64,000 nt of DNA from NCBI GenBank assembly GCA_965153285.1, contig OZ229115.1; one strand, 5' to 3'. Below the pieces are notes generated by a model, which was not told the origin of the DNA, searched no databases, and saw only the letters and a program-made list of their open reading frames with translations. Position 1 is the first letter of the stretch; the number at the start of each line of letters is the position of its first letter. Origin of the DNA: Podarcis tiliguerta (taxonomy: Eukaryota). Positions 1 to 13,300 of this stretch are shown here, piece after piece. Made by a program: the position numbers and the translations under genes.

Positions 1-1179
1 ATTTCAGTTTTACCTAGGAATGCAGTTCTTATGTTCTTATCTGAGACTAAACAAAGAATGCAAATTATTCAGTTTTATGAAATGTTTGTATAATTCAACA
101 ATTTAAGAAACAGATGAGTATAATAATAATAATAGTAATAGTAATAATAGTGGTTAGAGGTTTGTCAATACTTAGTAGATTTTCCAGTATCTAGTAATAT
201 TTTTTTGCTTACCAATGAAGATCGCATGGCACCCTTGAGCAGGCACCCTACTTCACAAAATGCCTCATTGGATTCCTTGGAGCACCTTCAGAAAATTGTA
301 GTCAAAGAACAGCCAGAGGACACTGTGTCTGCCATCCCAGTTTTATATTTTCAGGTGTTGAGAAGCTTAACATAAGCTTTCATTTATTGTCTAAGCCAAT
401 ACAGTATTTATAACCTTGTGAGAAAACAAAAGGGAGAGGGACGGTGTCCACATACAGGTGTGTGTAATTAAATTACAGTGGTAATTCCAGTTTTGCAATT
501 GTTTTTAAAGCAAAAGCAGCTTGCAGAGTGAGGGATCTAGAGCAGAGAAGAGCTTACCTCTTCCAAAGCCTGCTGCTTCTCTGCTCCATATCTCTGCTCC
601 CATCCCACTTGTGTTCAACTCTGAAGACTGATTTAGAGCAAAACAGTGGTGGGCAAAGCAACCATCTTTGTTCTAAATTTCCCCCTTCTGAGGTGGCTTT
701 TTTCTTCCAAAAAGTAGCTGTTGGGATTGCAGTATATGCATCTGCATCTAAGTTTAAATTTTTCCCACAGACCTCTACTCAAGCTAATGCCTACTCTTTT
801 GTTTATATATTACTACACTTACAGAATTTCCATATTCATTACTTAAACATTGAAAAGTGGAATCTGAAAGAGATACCTACCTGTAACTGTGTAAATTACA
901 GGTGTAGGTTTGAGGAACATTGTAATTAGTGAATTGTCATACTTCCATATGTGCTTATTTACTGAATGACAATAAAAAGATATAACATTAGAAAAAAATT
1001 AACAAAAACGATTCTGGTGTTAAAAAAACCAAGTCATACATTTCACTGATACAATTATAGTTTTATTTTTTAGAATGATTATGGCTATAGAGTCAAAATC
1101 TTGCCATTTCAAATGGGCTACTGCATGATATGCGCCATAAAAATACACATAGTAACACTTACCTGTAGTGTCAAGGGTC

Positions 1180-1306
1180 TTACGCGCAGTCCACAAGAGA
1201 AAAAGGAGACTCACACAGAGGGTTCCTGTGGGATACAGCACTATGAAATTCTACTTGTTCATTTGGTGCAGTGGCCTTTGCTGAGCATCTCAGCAGAGGA
1301 CTGTCT
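1180..1306 (-). CDS. Paralog A last coding exon (RQSSAEMLSKGHCTK*, stop 1259; or RDSPLLRCSAKATA...DCA*, stop 1180, if the previous exon is skipped)
   Basis: Short pyrimidine-rich intron 1307-1384; homologous to 17574-17697 and 40274-40451; acceptor choice uncertain. Confidence 0.45.
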
Positions 1307-4300
1307 CTGTCTTTTAACATGTATAGGGGTATTCAGGGTCAAAAGAACAAGAAGAAAAAGAAAGAGAAAATAAGCAGAATCTACCCAGTTGCTTTCACTG
1401 ATTGGTCCCTCCTCATGCAGAGATGATGTTGGGTTTGCTTCATCTGTTGTTTCCTTGGTTATATTAATGGGAAGCTCACTAAAACTTACTAGCCTCTCCT
1501 GCTGCCTTCCATTTTCTTTCTGGTGTTCTAGCTCAAATTTTGCCATTGACTCTTCCAAGGTATTTGGCAACAAAATACCTTCTTTGGTTGCTGATCTCTC
1601 TTGCTCTCTCTTTACCATTAGGCTGCTGGGGAATGGAGGTGTCAGGGTAAATCTGATTAAATTTTTTTGGAAAATTCACATGGTACTGAAAAAAAAAATC
1701 ACATGGTACTGAAATTGTATCACTGCATGTGCCAGCTGAGCTCTCATTCCAGAGAAGGCCCTTTCCTCATTATGCACATTTCAGCTGATTGGGAAATGAA
1801 GAAAACTGCCTGTACATAATATATTAGGTATAGACAGGCACATATATAGACAGGATAATCCTTCAGGTACATTGTCCCATGAAGAACAAGCCTAGAAACA
1901 GGCTTGGAGGCACAGGCACTGCAGTTGTTGAAACACTGGTATAATACATAATCCCAGTTAGCAATCCAGCAGCCACATTTTAAATTATTTGAGGTTCTGA
2001 ATTGCCACCATTTTGCATATCGGGAAGCTACTTTATACAACAGTTTCCCTAAAGGTATGCTCTCAGCAAGCTAAATATATGGTTTCACATTTGACAGTGT
2101 ATGCTGATATATCAGTAAGATGCTATGTGTTATATGTGGCCCTTAAGTGTTACTATTTTTTAAAAATACATTTTCTTGATTTTCAATTATAGTGAAACAA
2201 ACCATAATAGAAATATATATATCCTCAAGTACAACAAATAGTAGCATTTTACTATTTGAACACCCATATACCCATATCTCAGATCAGCAACCCAGTCAGG
2301 TCATTCATAGGAAAAACAAAATTTGCACTGTAGTTCAGATGATACAGCATGGAGTGTTTCCTCTAAAAGGTAAAGGTACCCCTGCCCGTACGGGCCAGTC
2401 TTGACAGACTCTAGGGTTGTGCGCTCATCTCACTCTAGAGGCCAGGAGCCAGCGCTGTCCGCAGACACTTCCGGGTCATGTGGCCAGCATGACAAGCTGC
2501 ATCTGGCGAGCCAGCGCAGCACACAGAACGCCGTTTACCTTCCCGCTGGTAAGCGGTCCCTATTTATCTACTTGCACCCAGGGGTGCTTTCAAACCGCTA
2601 GGTTGGCAGGCGCTGGGACCGAACGACGGGAGCGCACCCCGCCGCAGGGATTTGAACCGCCGACCATGCGATCGGCAAGTCCTAGGCGCTGAGGTTTTAC
2701 CCACAGCGCCACCCACGTCCCGTGTTTCCTCTACATGGAGATAATTTCTGTGTAGTTAATGTATAAGGTAGACCTTAGAAATGTAAAAGAAACAGGAAAA
2801 GGGGAGTTTGATATTAAGAAAAAAATTACCTTTCTTGTGAACAACATTTCCTATGAACCATTTTACTTGCCACGACTACTACAGGCATTATGCATGCTAA
2901 AAAAGAAAAAGAACACAAGAAAAAAGGCTCATGAAAGTCCAAGAAAACTGATGTACAATTAAAAACAGCCATTTTGGAAATTTTATCCAGTGTTACCTGA
3001 GGCATAAAGAACAGTACTTCATTATTGAATACTGTTAACAACAATGTGACATTTGGTGATCACTAGACTATTAGTGGCAAAGATTGGTGAGAGGCAGGAC
3101 TTTTATGTGAATCATCCTACCAATGTTAACTCTAAGAAAAATTAATGGGTCATTAATTCATCACTCAGCAGATTTGCTTGCAGAATACTTACAAATCCAG
3201 TCTTCATTGAGCAATTGTTCTGATTTGTTTTTGGAGAAGTTTTGCAAGAATGATCATTTATCCTGATTTGCTTGCGGGGTGTTTAAATGTCTTCCCACTA
3301 GTCATCCATGTATCACACACCTACCTTTCAATGCATTTCCCAGTTACTTTCCAAATAAAAGTCTGATTGTTTTTTAAAGTGTATTTGTTGAGCCGTTTAA
3401 TCCATGTTAACTGCACAAACATACAGTTCCAGTGTGCAGCTGCAGTATTCTGCAAAATCTAGAGTCTAAAGGCATACAACCAGTGCTATTTCTCTAGGAA
3501 GAGAAGTGCCAGAACTCACCATGAGCACCTCCCTTGTTCTCTTAGAATGGCCATGGCACCCACCTGAGAGGTGCCAGGACTGAGTTCTGGTGAGTTCTGG
3601 CTGGGGGAAAAGCCCTCTACACAACTTTATTTGTTCCTGGGGTGTGTGTGTGCAAAATACTAATTTTCTCTCTAAGCAGTTTAAAACTGTAACTCAAAAA
3701 GAAACAAAACAAAACCTACAAGTTACTTGCAGGTTTGTGTTTAGATAATGATGACCAAAGATTTGAGCACTGGTGAAAAACTTCTGAAATGTGGAGGACT
3801 GTGAACACAGCTGGTGATAGTTAAGCATAGGCTTATATCTCTCTTATAAAATAAACTTTAAAATGTGTATTTCTGGCTGGAGAGTGCCACACTTTCTATT
3901 TTGCTATTGTGAAAAAATCTATGAACTGGTATAAAACCTTGGCATGCAAACATTTATAATGAATCTTTTTATTTTCCCCATTCATATTCAATAAATTACA
4001 TACCAGCTATAAGCAATCTGAGGAAAATACCTAGAAAAGAGGAGAGGAAAGACTAATTAGTGACAGGTTACTTATTTAGACTTAGCCACATCAGAAATGA
4101 ATTATAAAAGGAAGTACTGGAGCTCAATATAGATCTCATATCACAAGAGGTGGATTTGAGCACAAGAGCACTCACCCTTCCTGTGGTTTCCAGCATCTGA
4201 TATTCATTTTTTAAAAATAAATTTCATTAGAGTTTATAAAGAGAAATACAAAACCTGATCTCAAATATCTTTTTTGTCCAACATTAAGATAAAAGCATGA

Positions 4301-7300
4301 TAAAAAAGTAAAAAGATAGAGAAATAAGAAAAAATAAATAGAAAAGAGTTTTCAATAGGAAATAGAAAAGATAAAGTTCAGAGATTAAAGAACTTCCCAT
4401 TCTTCATCTGTCCGCTATATATAAACAATAATCACTTCATCTATTCCAATACAACACCAAACAAAACCGCTTTCTATCAACAAACCTTATCTTCAACCCC
4501 CCCATCCATTATTTATTTTTATTTTTCATGCAAAAAGTCTATGAGAGCTTTCCAGTATTTAGTAAATGTCAACAATGACCTTTATCTGATTAAACATGTC
4601 AATTTTGCCATCTCAGCTGGGTCCATTAATTTAGGGTTGCCATATTTCAGAAAGTGACCCAAAAGTTGTTTCTGAAGGCCAAATCCCGGCAATCTGGGAA
4701 ATTCTGGATATATGGCACCCCTAGTTAAATTTTAAAAACCATTCTTCCATTGTTGATAATGATTAATCTTTCCATCTTTGTGCATATAATAGTCTCGCCA
4801 CCAGTAGACCTCTCCTCCATAAATTTGTCTAATCCACTTTTAAAACTATTCAAGTTGGTGGCCATCACCGCCTAGGGGAGTGAATTTCATAGTTTAACTA
4901 AACACTGTGTAAAGAAGTAGGTATTTTCTATTATCTGTCCTGAATCCTCAAGCATTCAGCCTAAGAGTTCTAGGGTTATGAGAGAAATGAGAAAAAACTT
5001 CTCTCTATCCAATTTCTCCATGTCAATTTTTATAAAATTCTACCATGTTGTCTCTTACTTGCCTTCACTCTAAATTAAAAAGTCCCAAAATGTTGCAACC
5101 TTACTTCATAAGGGAGTCGCTCCTTCCACTTGATCATTTTGGTTGCCTTCTTCTGAACCTTTTCCAATTCTACAATATTTTTTGAAGTAAGGTGACTGGA
5201 ACTGTACACAGTATGCCAAATGTGGTTGCACCAAATATTTCTATGTTGCCATTATGATCCTGGTAGTTTTATTTTCAATTCCTTTCCTAATGCTTCCTAG
5301 AATGGAATTAGCCTTTTTTATGGCTGCCACATACTGGGTCCACATCTTCACTGAGCTATTTACTATGACCCCAAGGTTTTGCTCCAGTGACCTCCAGTTC
5401 AGACCCCAAGAGCATATAGGTGAGATTTTTTTTGTCCCAGCAGGCATGACTTTATACTTGTTTACATTGAATTGCATTTGCCATTTTACCACCCAGTTGC
5501 TCAGTTTGAAGAGGTCCTGTTGAAGCTCTTCGCAATCTCTCTTTGTTTTAACAACCCTGAAAAAATTAGTATCACTAGCAAACCTGGTTACCTCACTGCT
5601 CCGTCGTAATGCTAGACCGTTTATGAAGAAGTTTAAAAGCACTGGTTACAATACTGGTCCTTGGGAGACTCTGCGTTTTACCTCTCTCACAGTATGGTTC
5701 CCTCTCTAGAAACCTAATGGATAACCAGTATTGGTTAGAGTGCTGATGTTGTGAGCCTTATTTCCTTATGCTCAGTTAGTATATATGCATAATTAAAAGT
5801 CTCCAGTGACTTTCATTCCAATGAAACCAAACCTGACGTAAGCACTGGCACCCCCAACATCTCTTGGCATTTTCACAAATATTATACTTACTCAGTTTAC
5901 AAACTGGAATATAAGGTGACCATTTACTCCCACCAATGTAAGTAATTGTAGATGGCCCGAACAAAGTATACCCAGCATTACATTGAATAGAAATTTCATC
6001 TCCAGGGGTATAGTATTGTTTCACCCCTTTCGTTATTCTTCCATTATAGATATAGAATTCAGAAGTGTCTGGTGATGTTTTTGCTGAAAACACAAATAAC
6101 TGTTATAAATGATAAAGCAATGCTTTGTTTCTTTGTACAGTGGTACCTTGGTTCTCAAACTTCATCCATTCTGGAAGTCTGTTCCAAAACCAAAGCGTTC
6201 CAAAACAAAAAAAAAAATCATACTTGTGCAACTTGTGCAAGATGCATAATGTTCTACACCAAAAGGTTAAAAAACCTCTCTGATGTATATAGATTTGGAA
6301 TATACTAAGGGTTTAAGCATAAGAGTGTATACAAATATCTTCAAATTTAATAGGAGAGCTGACCTTAGCCTGTCTTGTTCATGATGTAAAATTATTCAAA
6401 CAGGATCCACTCTAGCAGGCACCCTCCTCTATGCTCTCTCCCTTCTCACAGATGTATTCAGACTGTTTTCCCAAAATGGTAGCTTTTAGCAGGGGAAGGA
6501 AGAAGCTTAATTGTTTCCAAGATGACACCAGCCATAATGGCATGTAGGCTTTTGGATCAGCTACTCCAGAAAACATGCTCATAATGCATGGATTTTGCAG
6601 ATTTTCTCACTACTGCATGAGGCAAAAGTTGCAAGGGTAGCTTTGGAAGGTCCCAACATTTTCACCCCTCTAAATTAAAGGTAAAGGACCCCTGACAGTT
6701 AAGTCCAGTCGTGAACGACTCTGGGGTTGCAGAGCTCATCTCGCTTTACTGGCTGAGGGAGCAGACGTTTGTCCACAGACAGTTTTTCACGCTCGTGTGG
6801 CCAGCATAACTAAACCGCTTCTGGCAAAACCAGAGCAGTACACAGAAATATCGTTTACCTTCCTGCTGGAGTGGTAACTATTTATCTACTTGCACTTTGA
6901 TGTGCTTTCGAACTGCTAGGTTGGCAGGAGTTGGGACCGAGCAACGGGAGCTCACCCCATCATGGGGATTCGATCTGCCGACCGTCTGATCGGCAAGCCC
7001 TAGGCTCAGTGAATCCCAAATTTGCTGTCTGAGGCAAGGGACTGAATCTGTTTCATCATCAGAGTGGCCCTCTTGCCTCTTCCTCCTGGGAGGAAGGCCA
7101 TGTTTGAAAAGCTGAGTGTGACGTGTCTTATTAGAAACTTGGGATAGCCAACTTTAAAGCAATATGATTGCACCTTATCTTAACTTCACCCAAAAACCTC
7201 AACAAGGTAGTTATCTAGTAATATACACAGCACTCTGCTTTCCAACATGACCTAAAAAGCCATTGTTCTAGTCCCATTCCAGTCCTGCATTATGAGGAAT

Positions 7301-10300
7301 GAGAGGATTCAGAGACTATAGGTATTTGCCCCAATACGATTATACAAGGGGAAGGGATGTAGCTCACTGCTCAAATCCCAAAGGAAATGTTTACTTGATA
7401 GCAGACTAGGTACTGCATCACTTAAAATAATTATGCTCATTTTATCTACTTTTTTTTTTTTTAAGAACAGCCTCACAGGGCTGTAGATGGGGGTGAAGAT
7501 TGACCATCAGTGATTTACAATAATGGGCAACATCTATCTTGGGTATGGAGCAACTGAGGAAGGAACATATTTGTGTGCTTCTCAAACTGGTTCTATACAT
7601 ACCCAAACACAGTAGTATAGAAGGATCCCACTGATTGTAGCCTTGGCATTGCACACTCATCTTTGTGGTTTCATCAATGAAAGAGTAGTTTTGATTGCAG
7701 TACACATCAATGACATCTCCAACATTGTATTCAGATAGCAATGGATGTACATATCCTTTGGACACTACTGGGGCACCACAAATATGTGGAGTAACTGTAA
7801 CAAGAACAATAAAACTGCAGAAGATAAAAATTATTGTCTGTATAATATTAGCCTTGCTTTTATATAAGTTTGTGGCAAGAGTCAAGTTGTAATCAGAATA
7901 TTATGTATCTGGATTTTTGAGCGCAAAACACAGTTTACTACTGATTCCTTCATGGCCAAACCAAGTAACCTTGTTCCATAGTACGCAAGATAATTTTTCT
8001 GAAAATTCTCTTAAGTGTTTTTTGAGCAGTCATATATGGAGCAGACTTATAAAATAACCACTTGATCAGTTGTGATGATGAGTAAGCAAAGCTCACATGC
8101 AATCAGGTGAAGAAGCGTGATCTTTTCAGACACAAATGAATAACCTACATCTGTGTGACCGCTGAGGCTACATATACTCTCTTTTAAGGTAGACATTTTA
8201 ATAGATTCATGTGCAAGGCTGATTTCAGAATGTGCTCATACTAGGCATGCACATGGGAAGGTTCCAGAACTTTGAAAGAAGGAAACATTCTCATGTCATC
8301 CTCCTTGGCTGTCTAATCCATATTGGCTGGAATTCAAACTGGTGCTAAGGAGTTCACTCTGTCAGCACATTTCTGCTTGCCTGATAATGATAATTTCTGC
8401 TTGCCTGATGAAATTATCTCCCCTCTCCCCACCCCTGTCGCCCCCTGTCCAGGACTCCGACCACTGCACACAAAGCCCCAACATTGCCCTGCTTGAAACC
8501 CGTCCAGGTAATCAGCAGTGACACCAGCACCAGGAGGGCAGTTCCACTCAGTCACATGAACTGCTACTGTCTGTAACCTCACTGACTGAACTTGCAGCTT
8601 TGTTCAGTGACCTTATCTGGAGTTCAAAGGAAATGAAGTAAAACTAATGCAAATATGAAGATTAAAGGTAAATACTGGCTAACAACAGAGAAGATGTAAG
8701 GAAAATAGGTAGAAGGATAAGAGCTGCTGGCTGAAAGTAGAAGTAATGTGGGAGTGAAGATAGCTGACTGCTTCACTACCAGGCAGGAGTGAAAAACTGG
8801 TGCTAGGAGCATCCCACTTCCCTGAAACCTTTTCACTCCTGCCTTGTCCTGGACAAGGGTTATCACCCAACCCAGTGCTTGAATGACACCAGAAATAAAT
8901 GTGTTGAATAAATATTTTTGATTTTGGGCTGCCTCTCCTTCTGCATTAGTGCACCATTTTTACAATACAGTAGTGCCCCGCAAGACGAATGCCTCGGAAG
9001 ACGAACAACTCGCAAGACGAAAGAGTTTTCCATTTTCTGAGGTGCTTCACAAGACGGATTTCCCTATGGGCTTGCTTCACAAGACAAAACGTCTTGCACC
9101 TTTTTTTTTAAACCGCCAATGCATTCCTATGGGAAACCGTCAATACACATTGGTGCTTTGCAAGACGAAAAAACTCGTAGAACGAATTAATTTCGTCTTG
9201 TGGGGCACCACTGTAGTGTTCTCTGAACTTGGCCAAGATCCCTACATGAGACATAATAGAGAAGAATGTCAATATACACACTTCAGCTTAAAACTCTACA
9301 TGATACATTATTTACTCTTTTATAACACAGCATTTCTCCAAGTTTAAACAGCTTCTAATTGTTGAATCATAAAACATAAATGTAAATCCTGTGATTTTTT
9401 TCAAAGTCTTACTTTTTTTGCAGGATGGCACTTTAGGGACCCAAGTACCGTTCTTCTCACAGAGAATGTAATGATTTCCAATCATGAAGTATCCAGTTTT
9501 ACATTCAAGTGTAACACTGTTGCCATAAGTATAGGAATCTCTTAATCCACTTAATTCTATTCCATTTTGAACTCGTGGATTTTCACACATAACCACTGAA
9601 AGTAAGATTAAAAAGCAAAACTCCTTAAAAAATTGAATCTGTGCATTTCTATTTCCTTAAAGATGGGATATTTTCTGATGAAGCTTATTTTTAAAAATAC
9701 TCTCCTGTTTTCCTGTTTGAATAATACTTTTGTAGTGTCTGTGCAGTGAAAATTAGTGGTTGTGAAAATTAGTCCATCTCCTGCCAGGGATCCAGATTAT
9801 TTCCCCCTGTAATTAGCACTTGCACAGCTGAAAAAATACATATTCCCAGCAATCAAACAGTTATAGGGAAAACGAGAAATGTCAATTAATTCTGCTTATG
9901 TGATTGCCGTTGACACCTAACTAGCTAGCATCTCTTTGAATCAGGAGTAATGAGAGAGATACATTGGTGGGCAGCAGGTGAACAGCAATTCCAATGCCCT
10001 ATTAAGAATGTGCATTCTGTTTCCCTCCACCTCTGGTCTACTTGTATATTTGACAATAAACAAATCATCAATGAAAGAAAAACTGCTATAAAAATGACCT
10101 GTGCATTTGGGGGGTTTCCCTCTCCACAGTGCTTTACCATCATTAGCAACAATATCACAAAAAATGGAAGGTGTTCCAATAAGCAAGAAAGTATCATTGC
10201 AATGGTATTGTATCACTATTCCAGTCCTGTTGTGAGATCCACCAAGAATGTCTGGAGGGACTGCACAGGAAATTTATTTTTAAAAATGAACAAGTTAGCA

Positions 10301-13300
10301 AATAAATGAAACTATTACCAGACAACATAGAAAAATCCAAAATATTGTTGTTTAAAGCAACTATTGTTGCTTTAAACACATTAACATTTCTTTTTAAACC
10401 ATACAAATAATTACAATAAAAAACAACACAGCCCCAGACTTTTTATTAAAAGCAGTCAGTTCCCAAAAAGTATTCACCTGCCAAGACAACAAGGAGGGAG
10501 CCAGTCTAGTTTCCCTACAGAAGCAGTTCTGAAGCCTGGGAGCATCCACCAAGAAGCCCCTCGCCTGCATCCCTACCAAGCATGCCTGTGAGGGTGGCAG
10601 GACTGAGAAAGGGCCTCCCCATAAAATTTCAAAACCAGGCGTATTTATATGAGGAAATAAGGTCTTTCAGATAGCTTGGACTTAAGCTGTATAGGGCTTT
10701 ATATGTCATAATCAGCACTATTAATTCTTCCTGGAAACAGAGCAGTAGCCATGCAGCTGTTGTGACAGGGAGTTGAATGCTCTCTATAACCAACCCTGAT
10801 CAACAATCTGGCTGCAGCTCTTTGAGCCAGTTGGAAGTTTCTGAGCACTTTTCAAAGACAGCCCCACGTGGAACATGTTTCGGTAATCCAAATGGGATAT
10901 AACTAAGGTATGTGTCACTGTAGACAAAACAGGCATCTCAAGGAATGGGAGCAACTTACTAGATTCCACAAATAAATTGTGGAATTTTGTGTTCCACACC
11001 AAATGGGAACAACCATAATAAAACAGACTCAAAATTGGCAGCGTTGGGTAATGACCAGAAATTGTGATTCTTTAATAGGTTACATGTGGAGTCATGGATT
11101 TGGGAATATTTGGGAACACAGACTACAGAGCTTCAAGAATGAGGCAGTAAACTTCACTCCATTTTCTCATTTATTTTCCTAGAATGAATTTCCTGGTTCA
11201 GATGTTAATAGGGAACTCTGGCTTATACCAGCCAGGATTGTCACATAGAAGCCTGAAAAATTAGAGTTAGCTTTTAGAAATAACCAGGTTTTTTTAATTA
11301 ATAATTAAGCAGCACATACATTTACATGGCTCTTCCAACTCTGTCCAGGAACCATCACGACAGTAAGTGACGGTGCTTTTACCAGGCAATCTTACAGCAC
11401 CATCTTTGCATTGGTATATTACAGCAAAGCCAATAAGTTCTTCATACACCTCAGAAAATGTAAAGTTTGGTAAGTCATCCATGTTGCAGGCCTCTCCACA
11501 CACTTTAAAAAGACAATAGTTAAAAATGTTACAGAAAACATTGGAACTGAAAATGTTATTCACCACTTTGCTATATTTAATATTTTGTCATGTCAACAAC
11601 AGAACAAATATTGGGGGGGTAATAACTAACAGAAATGAACATGTAACACTTCATAATACCCATATGAAAGTGTTTCAAAATGAGTGCATGAACTACTGTG
11701 TATTAGCAGACACCTTCAGTTTAAACCTCAGTCTCCTTGGACCTCCTCCTGTGTGAACTCCAGCAAAACTAGCACTGATGCTCCCTTATACAATACACAT
11801 TTTCTTCATTTCAAATGAAGAGTTCCTGCTGGAATGTCCCCCAAAGGAGAAGGGCAAAGCAGTCCTAATAGCGGGGAGGAGGAGACATGTGCTGGTGCTA
11901 CCAGGTATGTATATCTGCAATGTGGTAAAACAAACAGCAAAGATTTGGCCATGGACAAGTGAGGCACAGCAAACAAGAGAGAGAAAAAGAGAAGGTCAAA
12001 TATTTAAAGTAAATGAATAGATCATATATGAAAGCAAAAATAAAACCAAAGTCCAAACACAATAAAACTTCCACAAAGTTTTGAACCGAAATGTATCCCA
12101 CCAACCTATTACAAATATAAAACATTTCTGTTTCAACCCATATATGTATGCTGGGAAGTCATGACTAATTACTATTTCCAGCCTCAATGAAACAATGCTA
12201 AACAGATGAGCATGCACTTCTCACATATGTTGCTATACACATTTGATGTAGAAACATCACCATTTACAATGTAGGTCCAAGGCTATAATATCAAAACAGG
12301 GTTCTGTGACCAACAACACAATCCATGTTTACTTTAAAAATAAGCCTCACTCTGTTTCTCTGAAACTTAGTCTAATGTTGCTATGCATAGAATTGTAGTC
12401 CAAGGGAATGTATGGAATATTAGACTGAAAACTAGAAGCCAGCTACATTACATATATCATCCAATCTGAAATTGGATTACTGGACTACTATTGCAAGTAT
12501 TGGTATTGAGATGCAATTCATATCATTTCCACAGAACTTATTTTTTGAATGCACTGATAATCAAACAGACTCCATTCAGATTTAAATAAATAATGAAGAC
12601 ATGGAATATTATTTAGGAATATAATTATATGTGGATTGTAGCAATGCTTCACTGACGAACTGGCATTTCAACATCAAAATAAATAAACAGGATACTGTAG
12701 CTGTGAATGGATACAAAATGAGCAAGGTTAACAAGTACCTTAACCTTAACAAGGCTAGTAATGGGTATAATATTTCCACTATCTGAAGCGTATGGCTCAC
12801 AAAATCACCTGCTGGATATCACCAGCAAAGAGTGTTACTTCACTGTTTTTGAGCTCCCAAAGCTACTGAGCTCCCAAAGCTATTTAGATGGCCACTGAGA
12901 AACCAGAATTGGAAGGGGACTTGTTGTTGTTCAGATGATTTTATATACAACAATATATTTATTTTAAAAAATCAAAGTGGTGTTGCTTAACTCAGCAAAG
13001 CTTTTCTTACACAAGTTTTGCAATCATGCAAAAAATGGTCAACTCCATGTTAAAAGCTACAGGGGTGCCTTGCATACTCGTGACCATTGATGTTCATCAC
13101 ATTTCAACACTGCTTGAGCCTGCAAAGTTTTCAGCCAGTCATAATCTTTCTCTTCTAACCAATATGCATACCTGTAACTTCCTGCTGAAACCCCCTGCCA
13201 CATAGAATCATAGATTGTAGAGTTGGAAGGACCGTGAGGGTCATCTAGTCCAACCCCCTGCACTGCAGGAACCCAACTAGATCATACATGGCAGACAGTT

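Noticed and set aside
190-300. Donor-like CTTCATTG|GTAAGC conserved at 38570
   Set aside because: No coding frame; at most a non-coding downstream exon, which cannot be supported here
528-929. 133-aa + strand ORF
   Set aside because: Lies in the duplicated downstream region, has no recognisable domain, and homologous copies are interrupted
11700-11860. Intron-1 block conserved with 31210-31345 and 62715-62830, with an acceptor-like site in B and C
   Set aside because: No frame is open in all copies and none is phase-compatible; explained by paralogy
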